From the NCBI GenBank assembly GCA_963740965.1, contig CAVUFW010000007.1:44027-108026 (forward strand): 64,000 nt of DNA, in the 5' to 3' direction. The notes under the pieces were generated by a model. The model was not told where the DNA came from and searched no databases. It saw nothing but the letters and a program-made list of their open reading frames with translations. This stretch comes from an uncultured Alphaproteobacteria bacterium (GTDB lineage Bacteria; Pseudomonadota; Alphaproteobacteria; Sphingomonadales; Sphingomonadaceae). This document shows positions 1 to 9,079 of this stretch, piece by piece. How positions within the stretch are numbered: the first letter of the stretch is position 1; every line of letters begins with the position of its first letter. The translations under genes and the position numbers were made by a program.

Positions 1-1
1 C

Positions 2-457
2 AGCGCGGACTATGACCAACCCTATCGTGGCGGCTTCATCGGGGCCGAACACCGCTTCGCGCTGACCGTCTATTTCGAGGACACCGACACCGCCGGCATC
101 GTCTATTACGCCAACTATCTCAAATATATCGAGCGCGCCCGGTCGGACATGCTGCGCGCCGCGGGTATCGACCAGCGGTCCGCGATAGAGGCCGGCACCG
201 GCGTCTATGCGGTGGCGGAGGTGAACATCCGCTACCTCCGCCCCGCCCGGCTGGGCGACGACCTCGTCATCGTCTCGACGCTCGATCAGGTGCGTGCCGC
301 AAGCGTGCTCATTCATCAGCGAGTCATGCGCGGGAACGAACCATTGGCCGATGCCCGCGTCACTGCCGCCTTCCTCGGTCCCGACGACCGTCCACGCCGC
401 CAGCCCAAAGACTGGATCGAGCGCTTCAACCAGCTACGCGAGGGATCACTGACTTGA
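2..457 (+). CDS. ybgC: Tol-Pal-associated acyl-CoA thioesterase YbgC (hotdog fold); 5' end lies outside the window
   Basis: The frame is open from base 2. The translation ...YDQPYRGGFIGAEHRFALTVYFEDTDTAGIVYYANYLKYIERARSDMLRAAG... is YbgC-like. The stop overlaps the tolQ start (TTGA at 454-457). Confidence 0.85.
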   Translation, partial: SADYDQPYRGGFIGAEHRFALTVYFEDTDTAGIVYYANYLKYIERARSDMLRAAGIDQRSAIEAGTGVYAVAEVNIRYLRPARLGDDLVIVSTLDQVRAASVLIHQRVMRGNEPLADARVTAAFLGPDDRPRRQPKDWIERFNQLREGSLT

Positions 458-1134
458 CCGCACCCACCGACATGATGTCCCCGCTGGCGTTGTTTCTCCA
501 CGCCGACATCGTGGTGAAAGCGGTCATGCTTGGGTTGCTCGCGGCCAGCGTGTGGACCTGGGCCATCATCTTCACCCACGCTATCCGTCTCCGCCGGATC
601 AACCGCGCCACCGAACGTTTCGAGACCGATTTCTGGGCGACCGACGATATCGACGCCTTCCACACCAAGCGCGGCGCGGAAAAGCTGCCAATTGCCGCCA
701 TCCTTTCCGCCGGTCTCGATGAATGGCGCCGCTCGACCGGCAGCCGCGCGATCGACCGGTCGGGCACGCGCGAACGCCTGTCGACCCGGATGAACGCCGC
801 GCTGGCCGCCGAGCTCGACCGCCTCGGCGACCGGCTCAACATTCTCGCGACGGTCGGTTCGGTCGCGCCGTTCGTCGGCCTGTTCGGGACGGTGTGGGGC
901 ATCATGCGTGCTTTCACCGCTATCGCCGATGCCAACAATACCTCGCTCGCGGTTGTCGCGCCGGGCATTGCCGAAGCCCTATTCGCCACAGCCATCGGCC
1001 TGTTCGCCGCCATTCCCGCGGTCATTGCCTACAACCGCCTGACCCATGGGCTCGATCGCCTGGAAGCACGCCTCGGCCGCTTTGCCGATCGCTTCCACGC
1101 CACCTTGAGCCGCGAACTCGAGGTCGAGGCTTAG
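454..1134 (+). CDS. tolQ: Tol-Pal system proton-channel protein TolQ (MotA/TolQ/ExbB family)
   Basis: 226-aa ORF with TM segments and the conserved stretch LATVGSVAPFVGLFGTVWGIMRAF. It lies between ybgC and tolR. The start is TTG at 454, with an in-frame ATG alternative at 472. Confidence 0.9.
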   Translation: MTAPTDMMSPLALFLHADIVVKAVMLGLLAASVWTWAIIFTHAIRLRRINRATERFETDFWATDDIDAFHTKRGAEKLPIAAILSAGLDEWRRSTGSRAIDRSGTRERLSTRMNAALAAELDRLGDRLNILATVGSVAPFVGLFGTVWGIMRAFTAIADANNTSLAVVAPGIAEALFATAIGLFAAIPAVIAYNRLTHGLDRLEARLGRFADRFHATLSRELEVEA

Positions 1135-1137
1135 GTC

Positions 1138-1584
1138 TTGGGCGCATCCCTTCCCTCCCGAAGCAGAGGTCGCGGCCGCGGTCGCCGCGCGCCGATGAGT
1201 GAAATAAACGTCACCCCGCTCGTCGACGTCATGCTCGTGTTGCTGATCATCTTCATGATCACCGCGCCGTTGCTGGTCGCCGGGGTCCCGGTCGACCTGC
1301 CCGAAAGCCGCGCCGCCCCCCTCGATCAGCAGGCCAAGCCGGTCCAGGTTTCGCTCGACGGTCAGGGCAATATTTTCATCGACGATTCCCCCGTTACCGC
1401 CGCCGCGCTCCCCGGGCGCCTCGCCGCGATCGCCGCCCAGCCCGAGTCTCCCGAAGGTCGCCGCATTTACCTGCGCGCCGACAAGGGCCTCGATTACGGC
1501 CAGGTGATGAGCGTCATGGGTGAACTCAATCGCGCCGGTCTGAATCGCGTGGCGATGGTCTCGGTCGAGGGCGATACGCCATGA
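1138..1584 (+). CDS. tolR: Tol-Pal system protein TolR (ExbD/TolR family)
   Basis: The N-terminus RGRGRGRRAPMSEINVTPLVDVMLVLLIIFMITAPL matches the TolR/ExbD signature. The start is TTG at 1138, with an ATG alternative at 1195. The stop overlaps the tolA ATG. Confidence 0.9.
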   Translation: MGASLPSRSRGRGRGRRAPMSEINVTPLVDVMLVLLIIFMITAPLLVAGVPVDLPESRAAPLDQQAKPVQVSLDGQGNIFIDDSPVTAAALPGRLAAIAAQPESPEGRRIYLRADKGLDYGQVMSVMGELNRAGLNRVAMVSVEGDTP

Positions 1585-2417
1585 CCGCCGACCGCGCCGA
1601 ATGGACCGGGATCGGGGCGGCGCTGATCTTTCACATCGCGCTGATTGCCCTGCTGTCGACCCGCCTGGCGTCAACCGACGACATGCCCGAGCCGCCGTCG
1701 ATGGAAGTCGAACTGGTCGAAGATGTCGCGCTTACCGCAGCGGCGCCGACCCCGGTCGCCCAGCCCGCGGAGTCCAAGCCCGCGCCGGCCGATCCGCCTC
1801 CCATGCCCGCTGCGCCTCTCCCTACGCCGGTCCCCGCGCCAATGGCACCACCACCGCCGTCACGCCCCGCGCCCGCCCCGGTGGCCCGCCCGGTCCCGCA
1901 GGCCCAGCGGCCCGTCGCGCGTCCGACGCCGCAGCGTCCCGCCACCCGCCCGGCGCCGCAACGTCCCGCGCCCCGCGCCCCCGCACAGCCTGCGCGTCGC
2001 GCCGGTCTGGGCGACGATTTCCTCAAGAACCTCGACGACGATCTCGCCCCACGCGCCGGTTCGTCGCGGGCCGCCGCACCCGTCTTCAGCGCCAGTGCCC
2101 GCTCCAGCGTCGCCAACTCGATCGCCAGCCAGGCGCAACGCTGCGCCGACCGGCAGCCTTATCTCGGCGATGGCGCTGATCAACTGCGGGTCCAGGTCCG
2201 CCTGAGCTTTGCGCGTTCAGGCCGACTGTCGCGCCCGCCCGGTATCGGTGCAATTACCGGGAATTCCGATCTTCGCGCCAAATATGGCGAACTGCTCGAG
2301 GATCAGGTGCGCCGCATCTTTGCCGATTGCGCGCCATTTCGATTGCCAGCCGACCTCTACGACACCGACAATGGCGGCTGGAAAGAAACCACGCTTACTT
2401 ACAGGGTGAGAAAATGA
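1581..2417 (+). CDS. tolA: TolA-like cell-envelope integrity protein (N-terminal TM anchor, Pro/Ala-rich linker)
   Basis: It has the TM helix WTGIGAALIFHIALIALLS, a long P/A-rich low-complexity spacer and a globular C-terminal domain. It sits between tolR and tolB, and its stop overlaps the tolB start (ATGA at 2414-2417). Confidence 0.75.
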   Translation: MTADRAEWTGIGAALIFHIALIALLSTRLASTDDMPEPPSMEVELVEDVALTAAAPTPVAQPAESKPAPADPPPMPAAPLPTPVPAPMAPPPPSRPAPAPVARPVPQAQRPVARPTPQRPATRPAPQRPAPRAPAQPARRAGLGDDFLKNLDDDLAPRAGSSRAAAPVFSASARSSVANSIASQAQRCADRQPYLGDGADQLRVQVRLSFARSGRLSRPPGIGAITGNSDLRAKYGELLEDQVRRIFADCAPFRLPADLYDTDNGGWKETTLTYRVRK

Positions 2418-3728
2418 TCAGGACCACCATACTTTTCGCCTCTGCCGTTTTGCTTGCCACCGCCGCCCGGGCACAGGACGCAGGCGACCCGCCTGAAGTC
2501 GTCGGTGGCAGCGTTCGATCGGCCCAGACCATTGCCGTCCCTGCAATGCCCGCCCAGTCCGGCGCGTCCGAAGCGCTGGGTCGCCAGATCGCCGACGTCA
2601 TTTCCTCCGACCTCCGTTCCACCGGTGCCTTCACGCCGCTCGGACCGAGCGGCATTGGCGGCTATTCGGTCGCCCAGGCCACCGCCCCTGCCTACGGCGA
2701 ATGGCGCAATGCCGGGGCGGGCGCGCTCGTCGCCGGCTATGTCGAGGCACGTGCCGACGGGCGGATCACCGTCGCCTGCCTGCTGCACGACGTCACCGCC
2801 GGTCGCCAGCTTGCGTCGCAGGGCTTCACCGTCGCCGCCGACGACTGGCGCCGCGCGGCGCACAAATGCGCCGACACCGTCTATGCGCGCCTGACCGGCG
2901 AAGGTGCCTACCTCGACACCCGCATCGTCTACGTTGCCGAGACCGGCCCCAAGACCAATCGCGTCAAGCGCATCGCCCTGATGGATTCGGACGGATCGAA
3001 CATCCGTTATCTGACCACCGGCCGCGCCAACGTCACCACGCCGCGCTTCAGCCCCAGCGGTAATCAGTTGGTCTACACCGGCATGCTTGCCCGCAAGCCG
3101 CGCGTGTTCGTCGTCGATATCGCCACCGGCAACGAACGCCTGCTGGTCCCTGGCGGCGCGATCACCTTTGCCCCGCGCTTTTCGCCCGACGGTCGCCAGA
3201 TCGTGTTTAGCTGGGCGCAGGGTGGCAACACCGACATCTTCATCGTCGGGGCCAATGGCGGCACGCCCACCCGCCTGACCAGCGCGCCGGGCGCCGACAC
3301 CTCGCCCAGCTTCTCGCCCGACGGGCGCCGGATCGTGTTCGAAAGCGAACGTTCGGGCACGCAGCAACTCTATGTGATGGACGCCAGCGGCGCCAATCAG
3401 CGCCGGATCAGCTTCGGCGGCGGGCGATCGGCCTCGCCGGTATGGAGTCCGCGCGGCAATCTCATCGCCTTTACCCGCATCGGCGGCGGCGGAATTCCGC
3501 ATCGGCGTGATGGATTCGTCGGGCGGGGGCGAGCGGCTGCTCACCAACGCCTGGCAGGACGAAGGGCCCAGCTGGGCACCCAACGGACAGTTCATCCTGT
3601 TCCACCGCACCGCGCAGGGTAGCGGCAATGCGACGCTCTACGCCGTTCCGCTCGCCGGCGGCGCGCCGCGCAGGATGCCTACCCCGCAGGGCGGCTCGGA
3701 CCCCAGCTGGTCGCCGCTCAAGAACTGA
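2414..3728 (+). pseudogene. tolB: TolB periplasmic beta-propeller protein; the reading frame is broken by one extra base near 3493-3494 (frameshift or assembly indel)
   Basis: It opens with the signal peptide MIRTTILFASAVLLATAARAQ followed by TolB repeats (PRFSPDG..., PSFSPDGRRIVF...). The frame runs to ...AFTRIGGGG. The genuine C-terminus RIGVMDSSGGGERLLTNAWQDEGPSWAPNG...SWSPLKN continues in the +1 frame (ORF 3507..3728). Confidence 0.85.
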
Positions 3729-3757
3729 CTTTTTTCTTTCCGACAGGAGAAACTCCC

Positions 3758-4279
3758 ATGCGTAATTCGATCGTTCTCGGCCTCGCCGCGATTGCCCTCA
3801 CCACCGGCGCCTGCACCAACAAGCGCCGCGTTCCGCCCGCCGACGCCTCGACTCCCGCCAATCGGGAACCGGTCGATCCCAACGTCGCGCCCGGCGACGT
3901 CGAACTGACCGAACTTCCCGCGATGCAGGCCGATCTAATCGCCAAGGCGGGTTCGGACACGGTCTACTTCGGGACGGACGAAGTCGCGCTCGACGACCAG
4001 TCGAAGGCGACGCTTGCCGCACAGGCGCGATGGATGCTCGCCAATCCCAGCGTTCGTGCCTCGATCGAAGGCCATGCCGATGAGCGCGGCACGCGCGAAT
4101 ATAATATGGCGCTGGGGGAACGGCGGGCCAATTCGGCGCGCGACTTCCTGCTGTCGCAGGGCGTTCCGTCGTCGCGGCTACTGGTCACCAGCTGGGGCAA
4201 GGAACGTCCCGTCGCGACCGGATCCGACGAAAGCAGCTGGGCCCAGAACCGCCGCGCAGTCACCGTCGTGGTAAGATAA
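3758..4279 (+). CDS. pal: Peptidoglycan-associated lipoprotein Pal (OmpA-like domain)
   Basis: It has a lipoprotein signal with the lipobox LTTGAC. The C-terminal OmpA-like motif is EGHADERGTREYNMALGERRANSARDFL. It immediately follows tolB. Confidence 0.9.
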   Translation: MRNSIVLGLAAIALTTGACTNKRRVPPADASTPANREPVDPNVAPGDVELTELPAMQADLIAKAGSDTVYFGTDEVALDDQSKATLAAQARWMLANPSVRASIEGHADERGTREYNMALGERRANSARDFLLSQGVPSSRLLVTSWGKERPVATGSDESSWAQNRRAVTVVVR

Positions 4280-4282
4280 AAA

Positions 4283-4335
4283 CCCCCTCCCCACGCCCTT
4301 GCGGGGGAAGGTGGCCGCAACGCGGCCGGAGGGGG
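4283..4335. terminator. GC-rich nested stem-loops between convergent pal and the Sel1-repeat gene
   Basis: The outer arms ccccctcc (4283-4290) and ggaggggg (4328-4335) pair. The inner hairpin is ggccgc-aac-gcggcc (4313-4327). It lies directly after the pal stop and after the stop of the minus-strand gene. Confidence 0.4.
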
Positions 4336-4343
4336 GCTTACTC

Positions 4344-4652
4344 CTAAGCCGCGTACCGCTGCGACGTCGCCCCGAGCCACGACCGCGCCTGGCGCTGGGC
4401 TTCGGCGATTTCTCGGGCCGACATTTCGACCGCGATTTCGGCGCGGCACTGTTGCGACCTGGTGTCGCCCGACAGCGCGCCGAGGTTGAACCATTTATGC
4501 GCTTCGATCAGGTCGACGGCCATTCCGCCGCGGCCGGTCGAATAGGTAACCCCCAGCTCGAACAAGGCATCGACATCGCCGCGCGCCGCATCCGCAAGCC
4601 GGCTCCGTACCAGAAACTCCGCCCCTTTTTGACTGATCGCCATTGCACCCAC
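4344..4652 (-). CDS. Small Sel1-repeat (TPR-like) protein
   Basis: Two Sel1-like repeats are visible: ALFELGVTYSTGRGGMAVDLIEAHKWFNLGALSGD. The ORF is 102 aa and convergent with pal. Confidence 0.65.
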   Translation of the reverse strand: MGAMAISQKGAEFLVRSRLADAARGDVDALFELGVTYSTGRGGMAVDLIEAHKWFNLGALSGDTRSQQCRAEIAVEMSAREIAEAQRQARSWLGATSQRYAA

Positions 4653-4712
4653 CCCTTTTCCTGTTGGGGCATTGATCGGCCGGTGATCCCTATCAAATGG
4701 TTAACGCCGCGG

Positions 4713-5582
4713 TCACCCTTCGCGGCGGGCTGTGGCCATTTGGACACGGACGTTGTCGATCAGCCGCGTTTTGCCGATTGTCGCCGCCGCGATCAGCCGC
4801 ATTTCGCCGGTTGCATGGTCGACGGGGTCGAGCGTCCCCGCATCGACCAGCGCCAGATAATCCACCTTGCCGAAACCGGCGGCAGTGAGCTTCGCCCGCG
4901 CCACCGCCAGCAAGGTCGACACCAGAATATGCTCGCCCGACTCGATCGCTGCGCGGGCCTCGTCCAGCGCACGCGGAAGCGCCAGCGCGCGCGCGCGTTC
5001 GTCGGCGCTCAGATACGCATTGCGCGATGACAGCGCGATCCCGTCGCCGTCGCGCACCGTCGCAACCCCGACGATCTCGACCGGCAATCCCAGGTCGGTG
5101 ACCATCCGCCTGATCACCGCCAGCTGCTGGAAATCCTTTTCCCCGAACAAAGCGACATCGGGCTGGACCGCGATGAGCAGCTTGGCGACCACCGTGGCAA
5201 CACCGGCGAAATGGCCCGGGCGCGCCTCCCCGTCCCAGCGATCGCTGACCCCGGTGACCGTCACGCTGGTCGCGAACCCCTCGGGATAGAGATCGCCGAC
5301 CCCCGGCATCCACACCGCGTCGGCTCCATGCCGTTCGAGCAGCGCGGCATCGGCATCCTCGGTGCGCGGATAGCGGTCCAGATCCTCGCTCGGCCCGAAT
5401 TGCAGCGGATTGACGAAGATGCTGGCGATCACCCGGTCGGCGGCCACCTTGCCGGCCTCGATCAGCGCCATGTGCCCGGCGTGGAGCGCGCCCATCGTCG
5501 GCACCAGCGCAATCCGTTCGCCCGCGCGTCGCCAATCGGCCACCAATTGCCGCAAGGCGATGGTTTCACGAACGATTTGCAT
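4713..5582 (-). CDS. panC: Pantoate--beta-alanine ligase
   Basis: The sequence MQIVRETIALRQ...ALVPTMGALHAGHMALI...FVNPLQFGP...FGEKDFQQL is collinear with PanC. I chose the ATG at 5582 because the ORF-track extension to 5639 has no PanC-like sequence. Confidence 0.92.
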   Translation of the reverse strand: MQIVRETIALRQLVADWRRAGERIALVPTMGALHAGHMALIEAGKVAADRVIASIFVNPLQFGPSEDLDRYPRTEDADAALLERHGADAVWMPGVGDLYPEGFATSVTVTGVSDRWDGEARPGHFAGVATVVAKLLIAVQPDVALFGEKDFQQLAVIRRMVTDLGLPVEIVGVATVRDGDGIALSSRNAYLSADERARALALPRALDEARAAIESGEHILVSTLLAVARAKLTAAGFGKVDYLALVDAGTLDPVDHATGEMRLIAAATIGKTRLIDNVRVQMATARREG

Positions 5583-5663
5583 GCGAATCGCGCCTCCGAT
5601 ACACCGGTCGCAAGGGGGCGAGCCACCATGGCGCGCCAATCATGTCTAAGGGGCGCGAGGGCC

Positions 5664-6452
5664 ATGGGCCAGCCGCATTTCATCATCTTCGCCAACGAAA
5701 AGGGCGGCACGGGCAAGTCGACGACCGCGGTCCACACCGCCGTTGCACTTGCCGCCTCTGGCCACCGCGTCGGCGCGCTCGACCTCGATCATCGTCAGCG
5801 CACGATGACCCGCTATCTCGATAATCGCGCCGGCACCATCGAAAGGCTCGACATCGCGCTGCCCCAGCCGGCTTACGAAGTGCTCGACCATCAGGACGAA
5901 GCCAGTCTTTCCGCCGCGCTCGACCGGTTGTCCGCCGACGCCGACGTGATCGTGGTCGACACGCCCGGCCGAGACGATCCCGTCGCCCGTGCCGCCATCT
6001 TGCGCGCCGACACTCTAGTCACTCCGATGAACGACAGCTTCGTCGATCTCGACCTGATCGGCCAGGTCGACCCCGACAGCTTCAAGATTACCAAGCCCAG
6101 TTTCTATGCCGAATTGATCTGGAACAGCCGCACCCAGCGCGCCCGCGATACGGGCAAAAGCGTCGATTGGGTCGTCCTCCGCAACCGCCTGCAGCATATC
6201 GAATCGCACAACCTTCGCCGAGTTGGCGCCGCGCTCGACGAGCTTGCGCGCCGCGTCGGCTTCCGCGTCATTCCCGGGCTCGGCGAACGCGTCATCTATC
6301 GCGAGCTTTTCCCGAAAGGTCTCACCCTGCTCGACCTTGCCCAGATCGGCGAGGTCGGGATCGGTCATGTCGCGGCGCGGCAGGAGCTGCGCGAGATGAT
6401 CGCCGGGCTCGGCGTTCCCACCCGTCAGCTGCTTGCCGAAGAAGCTGCCTGA
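5664..6452 (+). CDS. mipZ: Division-plane positioning ATPase MipZ (ParA/MinD superfamily)
   Basis: It has a deviant Walker A, NEKGGTGKSTTAVH. The stretches DLDHRQRT, TPMNDSFVDLDLIGQVDP, WVVLRNRL and RVIYRELFPKGLTLLDL are collinear with Caulobacter MipZ as I remember it. The ATG at 5664 is in the frame of ORF 5211..6452. Confidence 0.85.
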   Translation: MGQPHFIIFANEKGGTGKSTTAVHTAVALAASGHRVGALDLDHRQRTMTRYLDNRAGTIERLDIALPQPAYEVLDHQDEASLSAALDRLSADADVIVVDTPGRDDPVARAAILRADTLVTPMNDSFVDLDLIGQVDPDSFKITKPSFYAELIWNSRTQRARDTGKSVDWVVLRNRLQHIESHNLRRVGAALDELARRVGFRVIPGLGERVIYRELFPKGLTLLDLAQIGEVGIGHVAARQELREMIAGLGVPTRQLLAEEAA

Positions 6453-6558
6453 CCGGCTTCGTCGTGCACAGCGCGTCGTTCAGGACGAACCGGTTTATCA
6501 ATTGGCCGATCCTGAGTAGAGGCATGGCCGAGCGAAACTACCGTATCGAAGGACGTTC

Positions 6559-7938
6559 ATGACCCATCTGTTCCACCCGTCCATCCTACGCGAATATGAC
6601 GTTCGCGGTATCGTCGGCGACACGCTGACCGAGGCCGATGCCCGCGCGCTTGGCCGCAGCTATGCCGCGCTTGCCTTGTCCGAAGGCGCGCGGCGGATCG
6701 CCGTCGGCCGGGACGGCCGGCTCCATTCGCCCGATCTGGAGGCGGCGCTGATCGAAGGCCTGACCCAGAGCGGGCTCGATGTCGTCAGCGTCGGCATGGG
6801 CCCATCGCCGATGCTCTATTTCGCGGTCGCGACGCTCGGCGTCGACGGCGGCATCCAGGTTACCGGAAGCCACAATCCCGCCGACTATAACGGCTTCAAG
6901 ATGCTGCTCGGCGGACGCTCGGTCTATGGCGAGGAAATCAAGGCGCTCGGCCGCCGTGCCGAGATCGCCGACTGGGTCGACGGCCTGGGGCAGGTCACCG
7001 AAGCCGATGTCGTCCCCGCCTATATCGACGCCCTGCTCAAGGATTTCGACGGCCAGCCCTATCGCATCGGCTGGGACAACGGCAACGGTGCCGGCGGCGC
7101 CATTCTCGACCGACTGCTCGACCGCCTACCGGGTGAACATCACGCCCTCTACACCGACGTCGACGGCACCTTTCCCAATCACCACCCCGACCCCACGGTC
7201 GAGGCTAATCTGGCCGATCTCAAGGCGCTCGTCGCCGACAAGAAGCTCGATTTCGGGATCGCGTTCGACGGCGACGCGGACCGTATCGGCGCGGTTGACG
7301 GCCAGGGCCGCGTGATCTGGGGCGACCAGTTGCTGATGGTGCTCGCCGCCCCGGTGCTGAAGGATCAGCCGGGCGCGACGATCATTGCCGACGTCAAGGC
7401 CAGCCAGACCCTATTCGACCGCATTGCCGAAATGGGCGGAACGCCGCTGATGTGGAAAACCGGTCATTCGCTGATCAAGTCGAAGATGAAGGAAACCGGC
7501 TCGCCGCTGGCGGGCGAAATGAGCGGTCACATCTTTTTCAAGCACCAATGGTACGGGTTCGACGACGCGCTCTACGCCGCCATCCGCCTGATCCGCGCGG
7601 TCTCGGCCAGTGGCAAGACGCTGACCCAGTTGCGTAGCGAAATGCCGGTCTCCGTCGCCACGCCCGAACTGCGCTTTCCAGTCGACGATACGCGCAAGTT
7701 CGCGGTGGTCGATGAAGTCGCCGCTCGCCTCGCCACTGACGGCGCGACGGTCGATACGACCGACGGCGTGCGGGTCAAGACCGACGACGGCTGGTGGCTG
7801 CTCCGTGCATCGAACACTCAGGACGTGCTCGTCGCCCGCGCCGAGGCGCAGGACCAGGCCGGGCTCGATGCCCTCGTCGCGGCGATCGATGCCCAGCTCG
7901 CCGCGTCGGAGGTCGAGCGGGTCGAAGCTAGTCACTAG
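6559..7938 (+). CDS. Phosphomannomutase/phosphoglucomutase (alpha-D-phosphohexomutase family)
   Basis: It carries the catalytic Ser loop [13 protein letters not shown], the metal site [12 protein letters not shown] and the sugar loop GEMSGHIFF. The ORF is 459 aa. Confidence 0.9.
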   Translation: MTHLFHPSILREYDVRGIVGDTLTEADARALGRSYAALALSEGARRIAVGRDGRLHSPDLEAALIEGLTQSGLDVVSVGMGPSPMLYFAVATLGVDGGIQVTGSHNPADYNGFKMLLGGRSVYGEEIKALGRRAEIADWVDGLGQVTEADVVPAYIDALLKDFDGQPYRIGWDNGNGAGGAILDRLLDRLPGEHHALYTDVDGTFPNHHPDPTVEANLADLKALVADKKLDFGIAFDGDADRIGAVDGQGRVIWGDQLLMVLAAPVLKDQPGATIIADVKASQTLFDRIAEMGGTPLMWKTGHSLIKSKMKETGSPLAGEMSGHIFFKHQWYGFDDALYAAIRLIRAVSASGKTLTQLRSEMPVSVATPELRFPVDDTRKFAVVDEVAARLATDGATVDTTDGVRVKTDDGWWLLRASNTQDVLVARAEAQDQAGLDALVAAIDAQLAASEVERVEASH

Positions 7939-8007
7939 GACGCGATCCCGCCGTCATATTCTCGACCCACAAGGCGGCTAAGCCATCTTTCAGTGGGGAG
8001 AAGGCTG

Positions 8008-8145
8008 ATGCGGACGATGCTGCGATCGAAGTCACTCTGGATGGTGGGCGGCGCGCTCGTCATCGGCCTTGGCGTTGTCGCCACCCGCGCACTGCGCGTC
8101 GACATCGATTTCGATCCGTGGAGCGATGATCTGCTGGGCGTCTAG
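8008..8145 (+). CDS. Hypothetical 45-aa single-pass membrane protein
   Basis: The ATG at 8008 is preceded by ggggagaagg, which looks like an RBS. The translation is MRTMLRSKSLWMVGGALVIGLGVVATRALRVDIDFDPWSDDLLGV. A hairpin at 8171-8198 follows. The ORF is below the ORF-track size cut-off, and I recognise no family. Confidence 0.35.
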   Translation: MRTMLRSKSLWMVGGALVIGLGVVATRALRVDIDFDPWSDDLLGV

Positions 8146-8170
8146 CCAGCCTCCGCAGCACCATCAGGAA

Positions 8171-8198
8171 AGAGCCCGGCCATCGCTGACCGGGCTCT
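8171..8198. terminator. Hairpin terminator shared by convergent transcripts
   Basis: A perfect 9-bp stem, agagcccgg / ccgggctct, encloses a 10-nt loop. On the + strand an A/T-rich stretch (taattcgttatttta) follows. It lies between the small ORF (+) and the PEP-CTERM gene (-). Confidence 0.6.
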
Positions 8199-8224
8199 CC
8201 TAATTCGTTATTTTAGAGAGCGTC

Positions 8225-8890
8225 TTAGCTGACCTGAAGCAGGGTCGCGGGACGACGGCGGCGGCGCATCGAGAAACCGACCGCGCCAAAGCCGAACAGC
8301 ATCAGGGCCCAGGTGCTCGGTTCCGGAACCGCGGCGACCGTGCCGAAATTGTCGACCTCGAGCGAGTTGCCGCTCGACGTCAGCGTCAGACCCGTGATCG
8401 CCGGGCCCGCACCGGCGAAGAACGTCAGTCGGCCGTTGGTGCGCGCCGCGGCCTGGTCACCGTCGGCGGTGCCGAAATCGATGATGTTCTGGCCGGTCAG
8501 GATCTGGTTGGTCCCGTTCGAGAAAAACAATTGGAAGAAATTGTAGGCGTCGGCCGAACCGTAATCGAGGCCCAGCTGCGACAATCCGCCGGCGAAGGTG
8601 AAGGTCGCGGTCTGACCGGTCAACACGGCGAGGTACGGATCGCCCTGGCCGCCGACGGCCGGGTCAGCCGCGATGCCCGAAGTCGTTCCGGTGTAGATCA
8701 TGCTCGGGGCGACGCCCGCGGTGCTGCCCGGCGAGAAGCTGGCATAGAGCGTTTCGCCCGCGCCCAGGCCACCGGTTCCGCCGGTGAAGGTGGCGGTGCC
8801 GCCCGAGGTCAGGGTGGCGTCGGCCAATGCCGCGGTCGACCCGAGCATTGCCGCCGAAGCGAACATTAGGGAAAGGATCGTCTTGCGCAT
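8225..8890 (-). CDS. PEP-CTERM sorting-domain secreted protein (exosortase substrate type)
   Basis: The N-terminal signal is MRKTILSLMFASAAMLGSTAALA. The C-terminal sequence VPEPSTWALMLFGFGAVGFSMRRRRR is a canonical PEP-CTERM anchor: the PEP motif, a TM helix and an Arg cluster. Confidence 0.85.
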   Translation of the reverse strand: MRKTILSLMFASAAMLGSTAALADATLTSGGTATFTGGTGGLGAGETLYASFSPGSTAGVAPSMIYTGTTSGIAADPAVGGQGDPYLAVLTGQTATFTFAGGLSQLGLDYGSADAYNFFQLFFSNGTNQILTGQNIIDFGTADGDQAAARTNGRLTFFAGAGPAITGLTLTSSGNSLEVDNFGTVAAVPEPSTWALMLFGFGAVGFSMRRRRRPATLLQVS

Positions 8891-9079
8891 TGGAATCTCC
8901 AGATTCTCGTTTGACCGTATCGTTTCGGCTTGACCGAACGGCTAGGTCGACGTGTCTATGGAGTTTACGCGAATTTAACAGCCGTAGTTACCAATGTGTT
9001 TCAGAGCGGGACGGCGCCCCGGGCGACCCATTGGAATCGAAGTAGAAAATGCGATCGGCCCAACGCCGCTCGTTTTTGC

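Noticed and set aside
1740-2000. Repetitive Pro/Ala-rich coding stretch in tolA, considered as a tandem DNA repeat
   Set aside because: It is the expected low-complexity linker of TolA-like proteins. I could not define a clean nucleotide repeat unit.
3492-3497. The EcoRI site (GAATTC) at the tolB frameshift, considered as a sign of a cloning junction or chimera
   Set aside because: The sequence on both sides is continuous tolB, and only one base is extra. A simple indel explains it without invoking a junction.
2399-3628. 409-aa minus-strand ORF antisense to tolB
   Set aside because: It is a typical high-GC shadow ORF with Arg/Gly/Ala-rich composition and no recognisable motif. The opposite strand encodes a clearly conserved TolB.
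5211-5663. N-terminal 151-aa extension of the MipZ ORF, overlapping panC antisense
   Set aside because: MipZ similarity begins at the ATG at 5664. The extension is antisense to panC and compositionally non-coding-like.
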